From NCBI GenBank assembly GCA_902777435.1, contig CACYTW010000001.1, forward strand, positions 1-53,761: DNA of 53,761 nucleotides. The letters are read 5' to 3'. Below are positions 8,485 through 16,998 of this stretch, piece by piece. A model generated the notes under the pieces. The model searched no databases, was not told the origin of the DNA, and saw nothing but the letters and a program-made list of their open reading frames with translations. Numbering within the stretch: the stretch's first letter is position 1; each line of letters begins with the position of its first letter. The stretch comes from an uncultured Ruminococcus sp. (GTDB lineage Bacteria > Bacillota > Clostridia > Monoglobales > Monoglobaceae). The translations under genes and the position numbers were made by a program.

Positions 8485-11389
8485 GAGCGCCTATCAAGCT
8501 GCGAAGTCTTATTTTAACTGCACCGAGATTTGTAATCTCGTCTATCTTTATTTGAGTATAATGCTTGTTACCGTCCTCTAATATCGACCTTACCTCATCA
8601 GTTGTGATGGCGTCAACACCGCAACCGAAGGACACAAGCTGAACAAGCTCTGTATCACTATGTTCTACCGCATATCTTGCACTTCTGTACAATCTTGAAT
8701 GAAATGTCCATTGGTCAAGAACCTTTACATACTGAACAGGCGCAAGATGGCAAATGCTGTCCTCGCTTACAACAACAAAACCAAGGGATACTGCAAGTTT
8801 GTCTATGCCGTGTCCAATCTCAGGGTCAATGTGATAGGGACGGCCTGCTAAAATCATTATTCGCTTATTATGCTCTCTTGCATATTTCAGCGCCCTCTCT
8901 CCCTCTTGACGAACCTTTGCCTTATATTCATCATATGCCTCATAGGCTTTTTTAACGGCATTGCTGAGTTCCGACTTTGTAATAGATTTATCAAATGATT
9001 TAATACTTTTCCAAAGTGTATTCGTAAGAGTTTTTGGATTATCTACATTCAGATACGGATACAAAAACGAAACCTCTTTGAGCTGTTCCATATTTCCGCT
9101 GAGCAGTTCCGCATAATATGCGACAACAGGACAATTATAATGGTTGTCCCCTGCCTTTTCGTCAATGTTATACGTAAGGCTTGGATAAAAGATTTTATCT
9201 ACGCCCTTTTCTATAAGCTCAAGCATATGTCCGTGCATTATTTTTGCGGGATAACAAGCCGTATCGGAAGGAATTGTAAACTGACCTTTCTCGTATGTTG
9301 CACGATTTGATTGTGCCGAAAAATGCACTTCAAAGCCTAACTCACAAAACAGCTTGTACCACAGCGGTGCAAATTCGTACATTGACAACGCCATAGGCAG
9401 ACCGATTTTGCCTCTTTTGCCCGATATTGGCTTAAGGCTATCTAAATATTCTCTCTTCCACGCATAAAGGTTCGGTAACTCCTCTGTCTTCTTTATTCCC
9501 AATCCCTTTTCGCATTGATTTCCCGAAATAAATTTTTCGCCGTCCGCAAACCTGTTTATTGTCAGATGGCAATGATTTGCACAGCCATTGCAAACAGCAC
9601 TGTCAGATTTATGCGAAAAGCCTTTAACGCCTTCGGCATCAAGGATACTGCTCTCACTAAATCTCATACTGTGAAGTGCCGCTCCGTATGCTCCCATAAG
9701 ACCTGCGATTTCGGGGCGTATAACCTCTGCGCCGATTTCCATCTCAAAGGCTCTCAGTACCGCATCATTATAGAATGTTCCCCCCTGAACGACTATCTTC
9801 TCGCCCAATTCTTTTGGCGAGGTTGCACGGATAACCTTATATATCGCATTCTTTACAACGCTGACCGACAGCCCTGCCGATATGTCCTCAACCGACGCAC
9901 CATCCTTTTGAGATTGCTTAACTGACGAATTCATAAATACTGTGCATCTCGAGCCTAAATTAACAGGTGCTTTTGACTCAAGTCCAAGTGCCGCAAAGTC
10001 TGCAACATTATATCCCATTGCTTTGGCAAATGTTTCGATAAATGAGCCGCACCCCGAGGAACAAGCCTCGTTCAGCATTATGCTGTCAATGCTTTTATTT
10101 CTTATTCTGAAGCACTTGATATCCTGACCGCCTATATCCAATATAAAATCAACATCAGGCTGAAAGAATTTTGCCGCAGTATAATGTGCTATTGTTTCGA
10201 CAATTCCTTCGTCAATATGGAATGCGTGCTTTATCAATTCTTCGCCATAGCCCGTGACAGCACTTCCGCATATCTCAATTCTGTCCCCGCAAATTTTGTA
10301 GATTTCGCTGAGCTGTTGTCTTATTATCTCAACGGGGTTTCCCAAATTTGAGCTGTAATATGTATAGAGAATAGATTTATCCTCTGCTATTAATACAACC
10401 TTGGTTGTTGTACTTCCGCAATCTATACCAAGCCAAGCCTTACCATTGTATTTTTGTATATCTGTTGTTTTAACTGTCGCCTTTGAATGTCTGTCTTTAA
10501 ACTCTTTATATTCTGCATCATCAGCAAAGAAAGGAGCAAGTCTGTCGGTTAAATTATCCTCCTGCTTCCCACTATTCTTCAACACATCAATTATCTCGTT
10601 AATCTTTTTAGGTGCAAGCCTTTGTGCGTGCATAGCGGTGCCCATAGCCACAGCATAGAGGCCATATTCAGGGAATATTGCTGTATCTTCTGTCAGCTTC
10701 AAGGTTTCATAAAATCTCTTCTTCAAGCCGTCGCAGTAATATAGCGGACCGCCCAGGAACATAACCTTGCCCTCGACCTTTCTGCCTTGTATAAGTCCCG
10801 TTATGGTTTGATTTACAACCGCTTGGAATATACTTGCGGCAATATCCGACTTATTTGCCCCCTGATTTAAGAGAGGCTGAATATCGGTCTTTGCAAAAAC
10901 ACCGCATCTTGATGCTATCGGGTACAGCTTTTTCGCCTCAAGGCTCGCCTTATCCATCTCGTCAACTGTCATATCCAGCAAAACTGCCATTTGGTCAATA
11001 AACGCACCCGTACCGCCCGCACAGGTTCCGTTCATTCTCTCGTCAACTCCGCCGTCATAGAATATAACCTTTGCATCCTCACCGCCAAGTTCTATAACAA
11101 CATTCGTATCAGGAGCCAGCTTATGCACAACCTCTCCCGTTGCGTATACCTCCTGTATAAACTCTATGCCCGTTGCCTCAGCAACGCCCATTCCTGCAGA
11201 ACCTGATATTGAAACAGATACATCATCTATATCAATCTCCTTCTGCAAATCCATAAGCATTTCTACCGTTGTTTGTCTTACACGCGACAGATGCCGTTTA
11301 TATTTATTGTATAAAACTTTTTCTCCGTCCAACACAACTAACTTTGTTGTAGTTGAACCTATATCTATGCCTAATGTTACTCCCATCAA
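8468..11389 (-). CDS. CoA-substrate-specific enzyme activase (two BcrAD/BadFG ATPase domains plus C-terminal domain)
   Basis: 973 aa. The acetate/sugar kinase-fold N-terminal motif occurs twice (LGIDIGSTTTK and LGIDCGSTTTK). Cys cluster CNGCANHCHL. Confidence 0.85.
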   Translation of the reverse strand: MMGVTLGIDIGSTTTKLVVLDGEKVLYNKYKRHLSRVRQTTVEMLMDLQKEIDIDDVSVSISGSAGMGVAEATGIEFIQEVYATGEVVHKLAPDTNVVIELGGEDAKVIFYDGGVDERMNGTCAGGTGAFIDQMAVLLDMTVDEMDKASLEAKKLYPIASRCGVFAKTDIQPLLNQGANKSDIAASIFQAVVNQTITGLIQGRKVEGKVMFLGGPLYYCDGLKKRFYETLKLTEDTAIFPEYGLYAVAMGTAMHAQRLAPKKINEIIDVLKNSGKQEDNLTDRLAPFFADDAEYKEFKDRHSKATVKTTDIQKYNGKAWLGIDCGSTTTKVVLIAEDKSILYTYYSSNLGNPVEIIRQQLSEIYKICGDRIEICGSAVTGYGEELIKHAFHIDEGIVETIAHYTAAKFFQPDVDFILDIGGQDIKCFRIRNKSIDSIMLNEACSSGCGSFIETFAKAMGYNVADFAALGLESKAPVNLGSRCTVFMNSSVKQSQKDGASVEDISAGLSVSVVKNAIYKVIRATSPKELGEKIVVQGGTFYNDAVLRAFEMEIGAEVIRPEIAGLMGAYGAALHSMRFSESSILDAEGVKGFSHKSDSAVCNGCANHCHLTINRFADGEKFISGNQCEKGLGIKKTEELPNLYAWKREYLDSLKPISGKRGKIGLPMALSMYEFAPLWYKLFCELGFEVHFSAQSNRATYEKGQFTIPSDTACYPAKIMHGHMLELIEKGVDKIFYPSLTYNIDEKAGDNHYNCPVVAYYAELLSGNMEQLKEVSFLYPYLNVDNPKTLTNTLWKSIKSFDKSITKSELSNAVKKAYEAYDEYKAKVRQEGERALKYAREHNKRIMILAGRPYHIDPEIGHGIDKLAVSLGFVVVSEDSICHLAPVQYVKVLDQWTFHSRLYRSARYAVEHSDTELVQLVSFGCGVDAITTDEVRSILEDGNKHYTQIKIDEITNLGAVKIRLRSLIGALEDGE

Positions 11390-11553
11390 GACACCTCCAG
11401 CACAGTATACACTTAGTCATTTTATGTCAAATTATATCATATCAACAGCGTACTGTCAATTAAATGTAAAAAAATTAATAGCTTGTTTACAAATTTCTTT
11501 GCTAATAAATATATTAGAAAATTCATAAAAATATTAACTCTGTTTTATTTTGG

Positions 11554-11582
11554 TTGACATAGCCAAATAATAGGTTTATAAT
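11554..11582 (+). promoter_or_regulatory. Candidate sigma-A promoter of tcdA
   Basis: TTGACA (11554-11559), 17 nt, TATAAT (11577-11582). 30 nt upstream of the ATG. Confidence 0.6.
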
Positions 11583-11611
11583 TTGATAAAAAACTTTTCT
11601 TGGGAGGAAAT

Positions 11612-12322
11612 ATGACAAATCAATTTTCACGAACAGAATTGCTCTTTGGCAAAGACGCTATGGAAAAACTATCAAGGTCAAGAGTTGCCGTTTTCGGCGT
11701 GGGCGGAGTCGGCGGTTATACAGTTGAAGCCCTTGCCCGCTCAGGTGTCGGCTCACTTGATTTGATTGACAATGATGTTGTTTCGGCATCTAATATAAAC
11801 CGTCAGATTATAGCTCTTAACTCAACTGTCGGCAAGCCAAAGGCGGAGGTTGCTAAAGAGAGAGTTTTAGACATAAACCCGAACTGCATTGTCAAAACAC
11901 ATCAAATATTTTATATGCCCGAAACAGAGAGCCAATTTGACTTATCTTGCTACGATTATATAGTAGATGCCATCGACACAGTAACGGGAAAAATCGCACT
12001 TATTGTCAATGCGAAAGCTGCAAATGTTCCCATAATAAGCTCAATGGGTGCAGGAAATAAGCTGGACCCAACTATGTTTGAGGTTGCGGATATATACAAA
12101 ACGTCTGTATGTCCCCTTGCAAAGGTTATGCGATACGAATTAAAAAAGAGAGGTATTAAAAATCTCAAGGTTGTATATTCCAAAGAACCTGCAAAGAAAC
12201 TTGTTGCCGACTCAGCAGACAGTGGTTCTGCATCACGCAATGCACCTGCCTCCTGTGCCTTTGTGCCGTCAGTTGTCGGACTTATTATCGGTGGAGAAGT
12301 TATAAAAGACCTTATAAAATAA
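11612..12322 (+). CDS. tcdA: tRNA threonylcarbamoyladenosine dehydratase (ThiF/HesA family)
   Basis: ATG at 11612 after GGGAGG. FGVGGVGGYTVEALARSGVG Rossmann motif and NRQ. Size is about 236 aa. Confidence 0.85.
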   Translation: MTNQFSRTELLFGKDAMEKLSRSRVAVFGVGGVGGYTVEALARSGVGSLDLIDNDVVSASNINRQIIALNSTVGKPKAEVAKERVLDINPNCIVKTHQIFYMPETESQFDLSCYDYIVDAIDTVTGKIALIVNAKAANVPIISSMGAGNKLDPTMFEVADIYKTSVCPLAKVMRYELKKRGIKNLKVVYSKEPAKKLVADSADSGSASRNAPASCAFVPSVVGLIIGGEVIKDLIK

Positions 12323-12331
12323 TATATTCCT

Positions 12332-12871
12332 CTACTTTAACATTCTTCTGATTTTGCGGAATGCGGCGTCCTCGCCTTGTTCTGCCAATGTTACAAGCAA
12401 GTCTTCTAAAATATCTGATGTTTCCTGATGAATGAACCTTGTTGCTTTTGCCCTCATAAAATATTCCAGAGGATGCTGTTGCGTATAGTTTTTACCCTGA
12501 TATATCTTGCTTGCCGCAACTCTGTCGCAAAACATTTCCGCAATATATTTTTTAGGCATAGGCACCGGTGTTATTTTATGCGTAACAGTATTATAATCCG
12601 TCCAATATTCAAAGTGGTGCTTGTTTCTGCCCTTGTGATGCAACCACGCTTTTGAATATCCGTAGGCCCTTCTCTCACCCTCGTTAGGACTTTTATCACC
12701 TGTATAGAATTTTACTCCGGCACTAAATTCCGTCGGCCCGTACTTTGACAGGTCGTGTCTTAACCCTTGAAATAAAATTCCCGCTTTTTTGCTGTGTGCA
12801 ATTACCATATGTCTGTGCTTTGTTATTGTTTTAAAATGACCTATACAATTTTTCAAGCTCACCTTCATCAC
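12332..12871 (-). CDS. Conserved hypothetical protein (DUF5662-like)
   Basis: 179 aa. His-rich conserved segments (HDLSKY, WLHHKGRNKHHFEYW) as I remember them for that family. Confidence 0.55.
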   Translation of the reverse strand: MMKVSLKNCIGHFKTITKHRHMVIAHSKKAGILFQGLRHDLSKYGPTEFSAGVKFYTGDKSPNEGERRAYGYSKAWLHHKGRNKHHFEYWTDYNTVTHKITPVPMPKKYIAEMFCDRVAASKIYQGKNYTQQHPLEYFMRAKATRFIHQETSDILEDLLVTLAEQGEDAAFRKIRRMLK

Positions 12872-12879
12872 CTCAACAA

Positions 12880-12912
12880 TAAAAAAACGGACAACATTTA
12901 ACTGCTGTCCGT
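12880..12912 (-). terminator. Rho-independent terminator after secG
   Basis: On the minus strand: ACGGACAGC-loop-GUUGUCCGU (one G-U pair) followed by UUUUUUU. Confidence 0.65.
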
Positions 12913-12931
12913 CATTTCTTATTACAATAAA

Positions 12932-13420
12932 TTATTCAGCAGGAGTAGCTTCTGCATTTTCTTCGCTTTCAGCGTTCTCAGTTTCTTCTGCATTTTCAGT
13001 GTTTTCTGCATTCTCAGCTTCCTGAGCCGCCTGAGCCTCAGCAAGTTCATCTGCTGTTGCAACAATATTGCCGTCCGGGTCTACCATATTACCCTCATCA
13101 TCAAGAGTGTACATAACATCTTGCTGACCTTCTGTGTCTGCTGTCTGCTCCTGAGCTGTTTCTGCTTCTGCAGCGTCCTTTGCATCTTTTACAGCAACTG
13201 CTGTGAGTGCTAATGAACTGATTACAAACAAGATGGCAATAACTGCTGTAAACTTCTTAAGCATTGCATCAATTGTTCTGCCTTTGTTCTTACCGAAGAA
13301 GGTTTCCGCACCGCCTGCAATAGCTCCCGACAATCCCTGCTGTTTTCCGTGCTGCATAAGAACAACAACAATAAGTATAACAGAGATTATAACGTGGATA
13401 ATGGTTAAAGTTAAAAACAT
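12932..13420 (-). CDS. secG: Preprotein translocase subunit SecG with long acidic C-terminal extension
   Basis: ATG at 13420 after AGGAGG. The N-terminal 75 aa are SecG-like (LIVVVLMQHGKQQGLSGAIAGG). The remaining ~87 aa are an E/A/N/T-rich low-complexity tail. Confidence 0.85.
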   Translation of the reverse strand: MFLTLTIIHVIISVILIVVVLMQHGKQQGLSGAIAGGAETFFGKNKGRTIDAMLKKFTAVIAILFVISSLALTAVAVKDAKDAAEAETAQEQTADTEGQQDVMYTLDDEGNMVDPDGNIVATADELAEAQAAQEAENAENTENAEETENAESEENAEATPAE

Positions 13421-13483
13421 TTCTTTTCCTCCTTGTATTTTAAATACAATTCTCGTAATCATATTTGTTACTCAGTACGCTCC

Positions 13484-13512
13484 ATTGTATCACATATAAG
13501 CATTTTTTTCAA
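13484..13512 (-). promoter_or_regulatory. Candidate sigma-A promoter of secG
   Basis: On the minus strand: TTGAAA, 17 nt ending in TGa, then TACAAT. Confidence 0.6.
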
Positions 13513-13583
13513 GTATTTTTTCAAAAAAATTTTTTATTTGTAATATTTTATTCAATTTTTGCAGTAAAAAGCACCCTTTAGAC

Positions 13584-13615
13584 AAAAAAAGAGGTTCGTT
13601 TGGGGAACGAACCTC
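13584..13615 (-). terminator. Rho-independent terminator about 120 nt downstream of mntP
   Basis: GAGGTTCGTT-cccca-AACGAACCTC followed by TTTTTTT on the minus strand. Confidence 0.7.
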
Positions 13616-13738
13616 AAGGGAGGGAGTTATGTATTTGCAATGCAATCTTATTTTCGATTGCAAACTTATTATATACCATTAAAAATTTTTTGTGGTGAAT
13701 AATCTGTAACATAAAAATGAACAATATGTTAACTTTGA

Positions 13739-14296
13739 TTAGAAAAACAAATGCTCAACCAATGTCTTTATTCCCAATACAATAAGAATAGCTCCCCCTG
13801 CAAACTCCGCCTTAGATTTGTATTTTACGCCGAACACGTTTCCTATTTTTACTCCTATTGCCGAAATCACAAAGGTAATAATCCCTATTGCGAACACAGA
13901 GAAAAGCAAGTCAACGTCCAAAAAAGCAAGTGTTACGCCAACCGCAAGGGCATCTATGCTCGTTGCGATTGCAAGGGGCAGCATAGCGGCAAATGACAAA
14001 TTGGGGTCTGCCTTTTCTTCCTCGTCGGAGAGTGCTTCCTTTATCATATTGGCACCTATCAAGCCAAGCAGAATGAACGCTATCCAATGGTCAACCGCAG
14101 ATATCTTATTGCTGAAGCGACTGCCCAACAAATATCCGATTGCCGGCATCAGGCCCTGAAAAAAGCCAAACCACAATCCGACAACCGCCATATTTTTCAC
14201 TTTGACCTTCGGCAACGCAAGACCCTTACACACAGCTACGGCAAAGGCATCCATAGAAAGTCCTATTGATAACGATATAAGTTCTATTATCCCCAT
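13739..14296 (-). CDS. mntP: Manganese efflux pump MntP
   Basis: 185 aa. LSMDAFAVAV and SIDALAVGV repeats are typical of MntP/YebN. Confidence 0.85.
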   Translation of the reverse strand: MGIIELISLSIGLSMDAFAVAVCKGLALPKVKVKNMAVVGLWFGFFQGLMPAIGYLLGSRFSNKISAVDHWIAFILLGLIGANMIKEALSDEEEKADPNLSFAAMLPLAIATSIDALAVGVTLAFLDVDLLFSVFAIGIITFVISAIGVKIGNVFGVKYKSKAEFAGGAILIVLGIKTLVEHLFF

Positions 14297-14428
14297 TGTT
14301 TTTACTTCCTTTTTATAAATATTTTAAATAATTATATAAAAAATATTGAAATTTTAACTTTTTATAGTATAATAATATTAACTTAATTTGTCAATATACA
14401 CCGGCGTTAGCCAAAAGGAGAAATTTTT

Positions 14429-15832
14429 ATGAAATACTACCTCGCAATAGACTTTGGTGCTTCAAGCGGAAGACACATTTTAGCATCAATTCAAGACGGA
14501 AAAATTGTTTTGGAAGAAGTTTATCGTTTCAAAAACTATCTTGATGAAAAGAACGGTCATCTCTGTTGGGATATAGACAGACTTTTCAACGAGATAAAAA
14601 CAGGTCTTAAAAAATGTGCAGAAATCGGCAAAATCCCTTCATCAATGGGCATTGACACCTGGGGTGTTGACTTTGTACTGTTGGACAAAGATAACAAAAT
14701 TATCGGCGATACCGTGGCATACCGCGACTCAAGAACAGACGGTATTCCCGAGAAGGTTTATGCAAATGCAATTCCTAAAGAAGACTTATATGCAAAAACA
14801 GGTATTCAGGAGGAGAACTTTAACACAATCTTTCAGTTTATGGCTGTTAAAGAGCAACACCCTGAATATTTTGAATCGGCTGAAAATATGCTGTTCTTGC
14901 CCTGCTACTTCAGTTATCTGTTAAGCGGACAAATGCAGAACGAGTATACGATTGCCAGCACAAGCGGTCTTTTGAATGCCTCGGCAAGAGATTGGGATAT
15001 GGACCTTATCAAAAAGCTCGGTCTGCCTGAAAAGCTTTTCACAAAGCTTGCCGCTCCTACCTCTAAGCTGGGAGAATTCACCAAGGAAATCGCAGACGAA
15101 GTCGGCTTTAACTGTGATGTTATTCTGCCAGGCTGTCACGATACTGCAAGTGCAGTTTTGGCTGTTCCTATGGAAAACAGTGAGGGTGTATACGTAAGCT
15201 CAGGTACTTGGTCGCTGATGGGTGTGGAATGCGAAGAACCTATTTGCACAAAAGAAAGCTTTGCCGAAAACCTCAGCAACGAGGGCGGTGTTGGTTTCCG
15301 TATTCGCTATCTCAAAAATATTATGGGTTTATGGATTATTCAGTCAATCAAAAGAGAGTTAAATGATGAGTATTCATTCAACGACCTTGAACAGATGGCA
15401 AGAGCAAACGCTGACTTCACCTCTGTTGTAAACGTTAATGATAAGAGATTTTTGGCTCCCAAGAGTATGATTGAAGCAATAAAGAGTTATTGCGCTGATA
15501 CAGATCAGAAGGTTCCTGAGTCAATCGGTGAGGTTATGCAGTGTGCATATGTCAGCCTTGCAAAGTGCTATGATACATTTGTAAAATCATTAGAGAAAAT
15601 TCTCGGCAAAAAATACGAGAGCATCAGAATTGTGGGCGGCGGATGTCAGGACGGATATCTGAACGAGCTTACTGCAAAGGAGACTGGCAAAACTGTTTAT
15701 GCAGGTCCCATCGAGGCAACCGCACTCGGCAACATCGGCGCACAGCTTTTAAGTGATGGCAGCGTAGCAGACATTGAGGCTGTTCGTGCTCTTATCAGAG
15801 AGTCATTTCCTATTAAAACAATAAATTCATAA
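14429..15832 (+). CDS. rhaB: Rhamnulokinase (FGGY carbohydrate kinase)
   Basis: 467 aa. N-terminus AIDFGASSGRHIL, and the overall pattern matches RhaB-type FGGY kinases. Confidence 0.8.
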   Translation: MKYYLAIDFGASSGRHILASIQDGKIVLEEVYRFKNYLDEKNGHLCWDIDRLFNEIKTGLKKCAEIGKIPSSMGIDTWGVDFVLLDKDNKIIGDTVAYRDSRTDGIPEKVYANAIPKEDLYAKTGIQEENFNTIFQFMAVKEQHPEYFESAENMLFLPCYFSYLLSGQMQNEYTIASTSGLLNASARDWDMDLIKKLGLPEKLFTKLAAPTSKLGEFTKEIADEVGFNCDVILPGCHDTASAVLAVPMENSEGVYVSSGTWSLMGVECEEPICTKESFAENLSNEGGVGFRIRYLKNIMGLWIIQSIKRELNDEYSFNDLEQMARANADFTSVVNVNDKRFLAPKSMIEAIKSYCADTDQKVPESIGEVMQCAYVSLAKCYDTFVKSLEKILGKKYESIRIVGGGCQDGYLNELTAKETGKTVYAGPIEATALGNIGAQLLSDGSVADIEAVRALIRESFPIKTINS

Positions 15833-15863
15833 GGCATTTATACATATCATATACGAAAATCAC

Positions 15864-15901
15864 ATCAGAACAGGCATAGTATTGCTTGTTCTGATTTTTT
15901 A
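15864..15901 (+). terminator. Rho-independent terminator after rhaB
   Basis: ATCAGAACAGG...CTTGTTCTGAT followed by TTTTTT. Confidence 0.7.
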
Positions 15902-15918
15902 TTTATTCCCATTGCATT

Positions 15919-15944
15919 GTAGGGGACGATGCCCACATCGTCCC
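15919..15944 (+). repeat. GTAG-headed REP-like palindromic element, copy 1
   Basis: GTAGGGGACGATGcccaCATCGTCCC with a 9-bp stem. Identical to the reverse complement of 20278-20303. Confidence 0.65.
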
Positions 15945-16103
15945 GAAAAGACGAACAAATATACAATATAATATCTGTTGGATAATTGCGTAATAAATAT
16001 ATTGCAGAGAACGGTGTCCCCTCAGGTGGCATTGTATGACACTTTTTTACGTGTAAAATAAAAGTATAAAATAAATTATTTAAACCAAGAAAGGAATGGT
16101 ACT

Positions 16104-16994
16104 ATGCCAAACTTCACAACACCAATACCGCCAAAATTGAGCGGTGAAACCAAAGCGGACATAACCGCACTTAAGAGATGGGGAACTGCACTTATTGATG
16201 AATTGACCTACATATTCAACCATCTTGACAGCGGAAATGTCATAGAGGCAGCATCGGTCAAAGCCGAAAACATAGCAACTGAAAACGCCAAAATCAGCAA
16301 CGCACAAATCGGTGCATTGACAGCAGACAAGCTGGTCTGCGGAACTGTTGACACAGGCAATGTAAAAGTTGCTGACAACAGCGGAACGCTATCTATCAAA
16401 GGTTCGGAAATATCAATCAGCGACAGATACCAAGAGCGTTTCTGTGCCTCATACAACAAAAACACAGGCAAGTTCACCTTTGAGTTATACAATGACTCAG
16501 GCGAGCCGACTGTCAGCATTAACAGCGATGGCAATGCTGTATTTAAAGGGCTTATGGAAAGCTCTGAAATTTTTTCTTCTACCATAATCGGAACAGATAT
16601 GGACTCATACAACAACATAGACGGAGGCGTCTTTGCCAACATTGACAAGACAGGAATAAAGGTTATGCAGGACAAGAACGGCATTCGTTATCAAAAAATA
16701 GGAATGGCTGTTGCAAATGACGGAACCGCCTATATGATTTTCGGTGCGGGCAACGGCAGCGGCAAAAAAATTATTAACGGCGTAGAATACACAAACGGTT
16801 CATTTAAAATTGAGAAAAACGACAGCTATGCCAATATGGGACTTGTGGGCTACAATCCCTTCATAACCTTTTGGGAGGATAATGGACAGTTGTGGCTTAC
16901 AGGCACCAAGGTTATGATAAACGGCTATGATATCTTGTCCGAAATTAACTCTATTAAAAATACATTATCGCAATTAACTGCACAGGGGGAATAA
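16104..16994 (+). CDS. Phage structural protein, tail-fibre-like
   Basis: 296 aa. N-terminal helix (LIDELTYIFNHLDSGN) and ITADKL-type motif as seen in Firmicute prophage fibre proteins. Sits directly upstream of the portal-like gene. Confidence 0.55.
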   Translation: MPNFTTPIPPKLSGETKADITALKRWGTALIDELTYIFNHLDSGNVIEAASVKAENIATENAKISNAQIGALTADKLVCGTVDTGNVKVADNSGTLSIKGSEISISDRYQERFCASYNKNTGKFTFELYNDSGEPTVSINSDGNAVFKGLMESSEIFSSTIIGTDMDSYNNIDGGVFANIDKTGIKVMQDKNGIRYQKIGMAVANDGTAYMIFGAGNGSGKKIINGVEYTNGSFKIEKNDSYANMGLVGYNPFITFWEDNGQLWLTGTKVMINGYDILSEINSIKNTLSQLTAQGE

Positions 16995-16998
16995 TAAT

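Noticed and set aside
12932-13130. Possible tandem DNA repeat or array in the GAA/GCA/AAC-rich stretch
   Set aside because: It is in frame within secG and encodes the acidic tail. The repeats are imperfect codon-level low complexity, not a spacer-repeat array. No CRISPR-like array was seen anywhere in the window.
13629-13682. 17-codon ORF (MYLQCNLIFDCKLIIYH) after a GGGAGGGAG sequence
   Set aside because: No convincing plus-strand promoter. The SD-like run lies next to the mntP terminator hairpin on the other strand. The ORF is too short and not hydrophobic enough for a type I toxin.
14297-14428. Expected yybP-ykoY manganese riboswitch upstream of mntP
   Set aside because: The region is only about 130 nt of A/T-rich sequence shared with the rhaB promoter, and none of the conserved riboswitch helices are visible.
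15833-16103. att-site direct repeats flanking the phage-derived island (compared with 21830-21891)
   Set aside because: By eye I could not find a shared repeat of 10 nt or more at the two borders, so the boundaries remain undefined.
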